A stretch of DNA of 64,000 nucleotides from Octopus vulgaris (lineage: Eukaryota). The DNA lies in assembly GCA_951406725.2 (NCBI GenBank), contig OX597818.1, positions 141,298,001 through 141,362,000 of the forward strand. The letters run 5' to 3'. Made by a program: the position numbers and the translations under genes. Positions 55,876-64,000 of this stretch are shown here, piece by piece. Below the pieces are notes generated by a model. The model was given only the letters and a program-made list of their open reading frames with translations, searched no databases and had not been told where the DNA came from. Numbering within the stretch: position 1 is the stretch's first letter; the number at the start of each line of letters is the position of its first letter.

Positions 55876-56665
55876 GCTGAGGGTATTAGGTAGCACAAGC
55901 ATTGCTAGAAATAAGAGTGAAAATTACTCTTAGTCACGATAAAACACTTATCTCATGACTGACCAAAGAGGCAAGCTCCCAACTCTTCTGGGGGTATATC
56001 CAGTTCGTCTGTAATAACGCATTGTTACTCGTCAGTTGCTTTTACTCGTCCGCCTAGGGTTAAGCTAGCTTTCCTTGTCAGTTTATTAGAGTTACCGTAG
56101 AAATCTCAGGACGGTTTCATAAATGGTAAAAGTGAAAATTATACATGATAACGGGGGCTTATTCGAAATTTATGACCGAACGGTAGAACTATAGACGTCA
56201 CTAAAGTGTCTGAGGGTACTAGTTAGCACTAGCATTGCTAGGGATAAATGTCAAAACAACTCTTAGCCATGATCGGTGCATAACCATGTGACCAGTGATA
56301 TCGCATTTTGCCTCTTATCCGACTTCCTAGGGTTTATAATTTTCACTTTTACCATTTATGAAATTTTTACGTGAGATTTTTACGATAACTCTTATAAACT
56401 GACAAGGCTAGCCACCTTAACCCTAGGCAGCCGGGTAAGAGCCATTGACGAGCATTGGTACAACTACAAAATCACTGGTGATTTGGTTATGCTCCGGAAA
56501 CTGTAGGGAGCTTGCTTCCCTTGTAAGTGATTTAACGTAGCTAAGAGTTATTTTGACTCTTATTTCTAGCAACGCTGAGGCTAACTAGTGCTCTCAATCA
56601 CGTTAATGACGTCTATAGTTCTGCCTTTCGGTTGTAAATTGCGAATAAGCCACCTTGATTATATA
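55876..56665. repeat. direct-plus-inverted arrangement of a ~330-bp repeat
   Basis: CTGAGGGTA..TAGCAC.AGCATTGCTAG occurs at 55877 and 56210. Segment 56335-56665 is a diverged reverse complement of the same unit (for example TTTCATAAATGGTAAAAGTGAAAATTATA against TATAATTTTCACTTTTACCATTTATGAAA). Confidence 0.85.
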
Positions 56666-56996
56666 TGTGTGTGTGTATGTGTGTGAGTGTGTGAGTGTGT
56701 AAATGCATGTGTATATATAAAGATACGTAAATTCATATGCACAAATATATATTTGTGTGTGTATGTTTGGGTGCGTGTGCGTGGGTGGGTGTGTGTGGGA
56801 GTGTGTGTGCACGCGCGCGTGTAAATTGGTATATAAATATATTTCTGTTATCTGAGTTTACAAAACAGACAAAACGGTACCATACATACGTGTTTGTGTG
56901 TGTGTGTATATGAGTATGTATCTGTCTCTCTCTCTCTTTCTTTCTTTCTTTCTCTCTCTCTCTGTCTCTCTCTGTCTCTGAATGCACACACTCGCG

Positions 56997-57046
<50 letters not shown>

Positions 57047-57336
57047 CAATTGTGTGCGTGTGTGCATGTGTGTGTATGTGTACTTGTATGTATGTATCTA
57101 TGTATGTATACATATCAATGCATATAAATACAAGCACATACATATATATAATTTCGAAATACTTCTCTTTGTAAACTATGTAGAAAAAAGTCCTTCCCAA
57201 TACAAACGAGTGTTTGTATTATCTGCGTATATTTATATTTGAGTGACACTTGCGCTCGCGTATCGAACACACATCACAAACGCATATATGTGTGTGTATG
57301 CGTGTGTGTCTATACATACATATATATATATATACA

Positions 57337-57440
<104 letters not shown>

Positions 57441-57911
57441 CACATATATATGTATATATACCACGTGTATGTAGATACATAATCGCATTATTCATTTAAT
57501 GCCTCTCTAAATTCTAGACACAAATATGGTAGATTAAAACTAGCAGTTACTTCTCTGTTTCTACTTATTTACCCAGATATTAAAAACCGATGCAAAGTGT
57601 CTTAAAGCAGAGAAATATCCTGCTTTGCAAAATGTCTTACAATATAATTAATCACATCAATTATGGCACAGAAAAAAAAAAATGAATCACAACGGGGGGG
57701 GGCTGTGTGAAGAAGACGTAACGTATAATAAACTGTATAATTATTCGTAAGTGGGTTTTTGTGTGTCGGTGCGTGTATGTGTGTGTGTGTGTGTGTGTCA
57801 GAGCGTGCGTGCGAGCGAGTTCAAGTGTGTCGCTGCATCTATCTCTATGTCGTGTATATATGTGTGCGTATTTAAAATATATAAACTAATATGCATATAC
57901 AAGCTATATCA

Positions 57912-57969
<58 letters not shown>

Positions 57970-58280
57970 ATATTATATATATATAATATATATATTATAT
58001 AAATATAATATATATATATATATTATAGATATATATAATTGCATATATATATGCATATATATATGTATATATATATATATATATTATGCATACATATATA
58101 TAGATATACACACACATATATATGTATGTGTGCGTATTATATACACACACATATATGATTGGTGCGTTTTAAAGCATATATGAACTAGTTTACGCATGTA
58201 TATTGCCTCTGTGTGTATGTATGCATGTCTATATGTGTGTGCGCATGTGTGTGCACGCTGGTGAGTTGATTGTGTGTACG

Positions 58281-58320
<40 letters not shown>

Positions 58321-58687
58321 TACAGGCAAAAGAAAGCTGAAAACGTCTTCTAACATCCTCCTATTCGATTCCTTTGTTCTTTTCAGCCAACAACGTTTGC
58401 TTTGTAATCTTTTGCTCTATGCTATCAAATTATTATTATGTAATCATATTATACGCTGTTTAATGCGTCATGTTATGGAGCAAAGCAAGCGTGAAAAGAC
58501 AGCATTTTTGCTGTTTATTTTATAGATGTTAACCTCGACGTACCAGTACTAACACCCTATCTCTTTCCACCTCCTTTGAAAATCTGTGTTATGTCTATAC
58601 ACACACATACACACATACACATATATATGTGTGTGTGTGCATATTTTTATATACATATGTATATATACTTATATATGAGTGTTCATA

Positions 58688-58720
<33 letters not shown>

Positions 58721-58797
58721 GCATGCATATACATACATATATATATACATATATATATACATTTATATATACATATATATACATATATATATATGTA

Positions 58798-58831
<34 letters not shown>

Positions 58832-58878
58832 GCATGTATATACATACATATACATATATATACATATATATATACATT

Positions 58879-58910
<32 letters not shown>

Positions 58911-58927
58911 ATATATATATACATATA

Positions 58928-58958
<31 letters not shown>

Positions 58959-59025
58959 GCATGTATATACATACATATATATATATATACATATATATAC
59001 ATTTATATATACATATATATATGTA

Positions 59026-59093
<68 letters not shown>

Positions 59094-59594
59094 GCATACA
59101 TGCATATATATACATATATGTATTCCTATATGTCTCAATTATGATATTAATGTCTTCGTTTTCCATGTTTTTTCCTTGTTTTTATTATCTTCTTTGAAGT
59201 CGGAATATCAGACTGTAGCATTCCATGGTGTTATCTGCGACCGCATGTATACACAAGCATCCACTTCAGACCACCATTTGTATTCAAAAAGCGTCCCCAC
59301 CACCATCAGAACAACAAGAACCACCAACAACAAGAACCAAGAATCTTTCTGCAAACTCCTCTGCTCACTGCTCTTACGGTCACTAACTTGACTACTTCCG
59401 ACATGTCTGCTAATTACGAAAATTGTTAAAAGACACAAGCAATAACAAAAGAACTATACTGCAATACTGTACATACGAACTATACTGTACACACACATAT
59501 ACTCTCACATTCACATATACGTCACGCACGCACTGACATATACGGAAACACACGCGTGCACACATACATATATGTATACATTTATGTATGCATG

Positions 59595-59726
<132 letters not shown>

Positions 59727-59808
59727 CACACACGCACACATGTGTGTATATATATATATATATAAAACAAAGCGAAGTTTTAAGATACCGCACGAGTGAA
59801 AATATATA

Positions 59809-60735
59809 TGAAAGAAGGTTTGAAAATGCAATTTTAAAGATGTTTATTCACTTGACCGGTTTCACTGTTTTAGAAAAAGTTTGTCAAAAGTAAAATGTAA
59901 AGCTTTGTATAAGCTTTGTTGTGTTAAGTTCTGGTTCTCACAAAAGTATTAAAATACTTATATACATTCTTTGACAATAATAAGAAAATATTAAAAATAG
60001 TTTACATGGAAATATCTGAGAAAATATTAAACGAAATGTATTAGAAGTTCAATAAAAATTATATTTATTTGGAAGTATCTGTAGCTAAGTGTGTAGCTAA
60101 ATGTTGTTTGCTATTTTAAGGCACAGTGTGGGAGTTTGGTAGGGGTAGAGGGAAGAAAGAGCACACACATACTCACACAATTCTGACCTCTAACACCAGT
60201 CCCAAAAACCACTGAACCATGGCAGACTAGCCCTGAAACAAAAAATCCTTTTAATTCATCTCGCTCTTCCTTCTCCCTACCCTAACCAACCTCCCACAAA
60301 CAAGCCTTAGCTTCACATAAAAGTAAAAAATGCTAAGAAAACAGGTTTGTTCATCTCAAATTCTTTGTTAACTCTTAAATATATCTCCTGTGTATATATA
60401 TATATATATATACTACCAAACAAACATGATTTTTATTGAACTCTTAATACTTTTTGTGTGTATGTATATAGTTACTTCCAAACAAACATGATTTTTATTG
60501 AACACCAAATACTTTTGTTTAATATTTTCTGAAACATCTCCTTGTAAACTGTTTTTAACATTTTCTTATTATTATCAAAGAATGTATATAACTATTTTAA
60601 TAATTTTCTGACAACCAATACTTAACACAACAAAGCTTATACATATTTTTACATTTTACTTTTGACAATCTTTTTCTAAAAAAAGGGAACTGGTCAAGTG
60701 AATAAACATCTTTAAAATTGCATTTTCAAACCTTC

Positions 60736-60740
<5 letters not shown>
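59809..60740. mobile_element. foldback/MITE-like element with ~270-bp terminal inverted repeats, flanked by TA runs
   Basis: 59809-60077 is a diverged reverse complement of 60473-60740 (terminus TGAAAGAAGGTTTGAAAATGCAATTTTAAAGATGTTTATTCACTTGACC). A related solo arm lies at ~55150-55455. Confidence 0.8.
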
Positions 60741-60786
<46 letters not shown>

Positions 60787-61133
60787 AACACTTACACATG
60801 TGTGTATACATATATTATAATAATGGTATTATAAATGTGATGCAAATACATGGGATAACATTCACCGAAGAAAAAGGATAATTAAATAGACTGTTAGAAT
60901 TTAAATACATTATTTGAGGAAACTGTATGTTATGACTGCAACGTCGAAGTGTTGCTAGCAGCAGCTCACCACAGATAGTCTCTCTTCATGCACAGATACA
61001 CTCAGACGCATACGCAAATGCATTCATACACACACACACACACAGGCGCGCAAATACACACACATATACAAGTACACACACAAATATATACATACATACG
61101 CATATAACTACACACTCACACACACACACACAC

Positions 61134-61182
<49 letters not shown>

Positions 61183-61717
61183 AATGAAGGGTTGTAAAGA
61201 ATGAATGCGACAAGGAGAAAACACAGCAGGCGGAAATTCAACAAAAACACAGCATATGGAAAACTAAACGAGAAGATAACACACGGGAAACTAGACAAAA
61301 ACGAGACACACGGACCAGTCGCACCCGGTTTCCTCGTCAGCCAATGTCCGGAATGTCCTAGCAGTTTAGTGCTTTTTAACATTGAGACCGCTCGATTTCA
61401 GCAAGCGTCAGAGTATTTAGTTTCTGGGAAAAGCAAATGAATGTACACAAGAACATAAATAACAGTAAGAAAGCCAAAAAATACCTATACAATACAATGT
61501 GATGAAATAATAATACAATAATAATACAATTATACATATACAAAAAAAACGCCTTCTGGCTATACAATAAATGGACAATAATTGTACATTTACAACATAA
61601 ATAACTAACATCTCTGGACTATCAGATGTACGTAGTAGGATGGCGCAAAGGAGAAATGGAAAGTCTTCCAGACTGAGCAGAGAGAACAGGCGAACGTTAC
61701 CCGCCTCGACAGTGAGT

Positions 61718-61765
<48 letters not shown>

Positions 61766-62207
61766 AGGAGTGAAAAACAGAGCAACCTGAACTGCTGCTC
61801 GCCGAAAAAGAAAGGCAATGCCCTGGCTAGATACCAGTCACGTGGTCAGAGAGGGAAGGAGTTGTAGAGGGAAGAGGTATTAAAGAATAAGAGGGAGGGG
61901 TGTAAAGAGGGTCTACGGTGTAAATGGAAGGGAAAATAAATCAGAGAGACTAAAGAACGAGAGGGAGGGATTAAGAGAGAGGGAAAAGAAATCAGAGGGA
62001 CTGAAGAAACGAGAGGGAGGGAACGAGAGAGAGAAACACACACAGAGCGTGACAAAAGGAAGGTACAAGAGAAATAAGAGAGGAAGAAAAGACGGATTAA
62101 AGAACAAGAGGGAGTAAGGAATAAGAAAGAGGGAAAGGAAGTGAGAAAGACTGAAGAATAGGAGGGAGGGGAAGTAAGAGGCACACAGAGAGAGATACTG
62201 TATGTGT

Positions 62208-62591
62208 GGAAGCACTCCGTCGGTTACGACGACGAGGGTTCCGGTTGATCCGATCAACGGAACAGCCTGCTCGTGAAATTAACGTGTAAGTGGCTGAGCA
62301 CTCCACAGACACGTGTACCCTTAACGTTGTTCTCGGGGATATTCAGCGTGACACAGAGAGTGACAAGGCCGGCCCTTTGAAATACAGGTACAACAGAAAC
62401 AGGAAGTAAGAGTGAGAGAAAGTTGTGGTGAAAGAGTACAGCAGGGATCACCACCATCCCCTGCCGGAGCCTCGTGGAGCTTTAGGTGTTTTCGCTCAAT
62501 AAACACTCACAACGCCGGGTCTGGGAATCGAAACCGCGATCCTATGACCGCGAGTCCGCTGCCCTAACCACTGCGTCATTGCGCCTCCACT
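62208..62591 (-). mobile_element. tRNA-derived SINE, family A (full length)
   Basis: The reverse complement is near-identical to 3422-3811. Confidence 0.9.
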
Positions 62592-63769
62592 GTAATTATA
62601 ATCAGTCTGGAAACAGGGTCATATTGATATGGAAAGGTTATTATTGCAGTTTTTCTGATCACATTCGATTCAACGTATATATACATATACATACATTTAT
62701 GTGTGTGTGAGTGTATATGTATGCGTGTGTGTGTGTGTATGAATGCATGCATGTATGTATGTATGTATGTAAAAAAAGGAAGAGTGTGGGTGTTTTAGTC
62801 TTTGAAATGAACATTTAAGCGGGAAATTTTTTAACTAGAGTACTGCAAGAATTAGAATGATTTAACTAAAGAACATTTTAGAAAATAAATTATTCAAATA
62901 TCCATTTTAAGAATATGCCTCGTATATATAAGCCCTAATATTAACAACTAGCCAAAGACATAAAATGAAACGAAGCACTTCAGTCGTAGATGCTGGTGTT
63001 TGATGATGCAAAATTTGTTGTCGTTATATTGTGGACATCTCCGGTAAAGCTGGTGGTTCTTGTGACCATTCTTTGTCAGGGCAGTCACGAAAAAACCACT
63101 GGAATAAACAAATACATTCAAGATTGTTAATGAAAGACAGAAATATGGCTGACGTTGTCATTTTGAGCGAGGTTCAATACGAATACTGCATTTAGATTGC
63201 TGTTGCTACCATAAAACGTCGACCCAAGCAATATGGATATAGGCGACAGGTTTTACTTAAAATAAAACGCATTTCTCTGGAAAAGTGATGTACTAACTTT
63301 CAACTTAGGTATATAAGAATTTGATATCGTCTGGCTGAACAAAATTCATTTTGTTAGATGGCTACAAGTTTTAGTTTTTTCTGCTTTAGCGATCGAGAAT
63401 AGGTTCAACATTTTACAGAAGTCTTTTGCCTAAACTATTTATTTCCAACATTTAACTTTTGCGATAATAATATCAAGGCCTAAGTTTGCTTGTCCGATTC
63501 TTTAGACTGTAGGCTTTTTGAACAGTGCAACCAGTATGGAGATCTTGAAGAAATCTACATCTGTTGCTAAAGAATAATCAAGGAAGTCATAAAAACAGAA
63601 CCGATATCGACTGCAAACTCCTCAGATTTAAATATATGGAAGTGAATCAACGTGAGTATTGAACAAAACATTTATAGAAAATTCTATAAAATGTATTGAT
63701 ATGCAGCCACCCCACCAAAAATGTGAATAAATTCCAAATAATATCATTTTCAAATTCTTAGATCCAATG

Positions 63770-64000
63770 CCGCAGTTCAAATTCTGCTGAAGACTTCTTT
63801 GCCTTTTATGCTTTCAGGGGTGTAAAATAAGTACCAGTTGGGTGCTGTAATCGACTCACATCCTTCCATCAAATTCCAAGCCTTGTTTCTATAGTAGAAA
63901 GGATTATCAATAATTTCAGTAAAGGCGGTGACCTGGCAGAACCGTTGACACGCCGGGCAAACGCTTAATGGCGTTTAGTCCTTCTTTACTTTCTGAGCTC
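63770..64000 (+). mobile_element. family B SINE-like units (degenerate unit, then a new head running off the window)
   Basis: GTTCAAATTCTGC...TTTGCCTTT at 63775 and the head AAGGCGGTGACCTGGCAGAACCGTT at 63922. Confidence 0.65.

Noticed and set aside
62975-63100. Minus-strand acceptor-like TTTATTCCAG followed by short open frames
   Set aside because: It is short, has no recognisable homology and has no convincing donor site.

Overview
This is AT-rich eukaryotic DNA with very many microsatellites, and I can find no intact protein-coding gene. Almost all supplied ORFs are translations of (TA)n, (CA)n, (GATA)n or (TAG)n tracts. The repeat content looks like an octopus or other coleoid cephalopod intron or intergenic region (inference from remembered repeat families, not a database result). 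The window holds three abundant tRNA-derived SINE-like families with many copies. It also holds decayed transposase fragments (mariner, Tc1, a second Tc1/mariner-type C-terminus, Tigger/pogo), a Helitron PIF1-helicase remnant and a complete non-autonomous Helitron. Retroelement remnants include a Penelope-like GIY-YIG fragment, an R4/Dong-like LINE 3' end and a probable CR1/L2 fragment, and there are several foldback or inverted repeats. The most notable signal is a set of type I hammerhead-ribozyme cores (CUGANGA-stem II-GAAA-stem III-NUH) in about five short repeat contexts that are unrelated in sequence. One of these is a repeated tRNA-headed SINE-like element with a minimal Penelope-type hammerhead in its 3' part, which resembles a retrozyme. 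All ribozyme and family calls come from manual reading and need covariance-model searches and cleavage assays.
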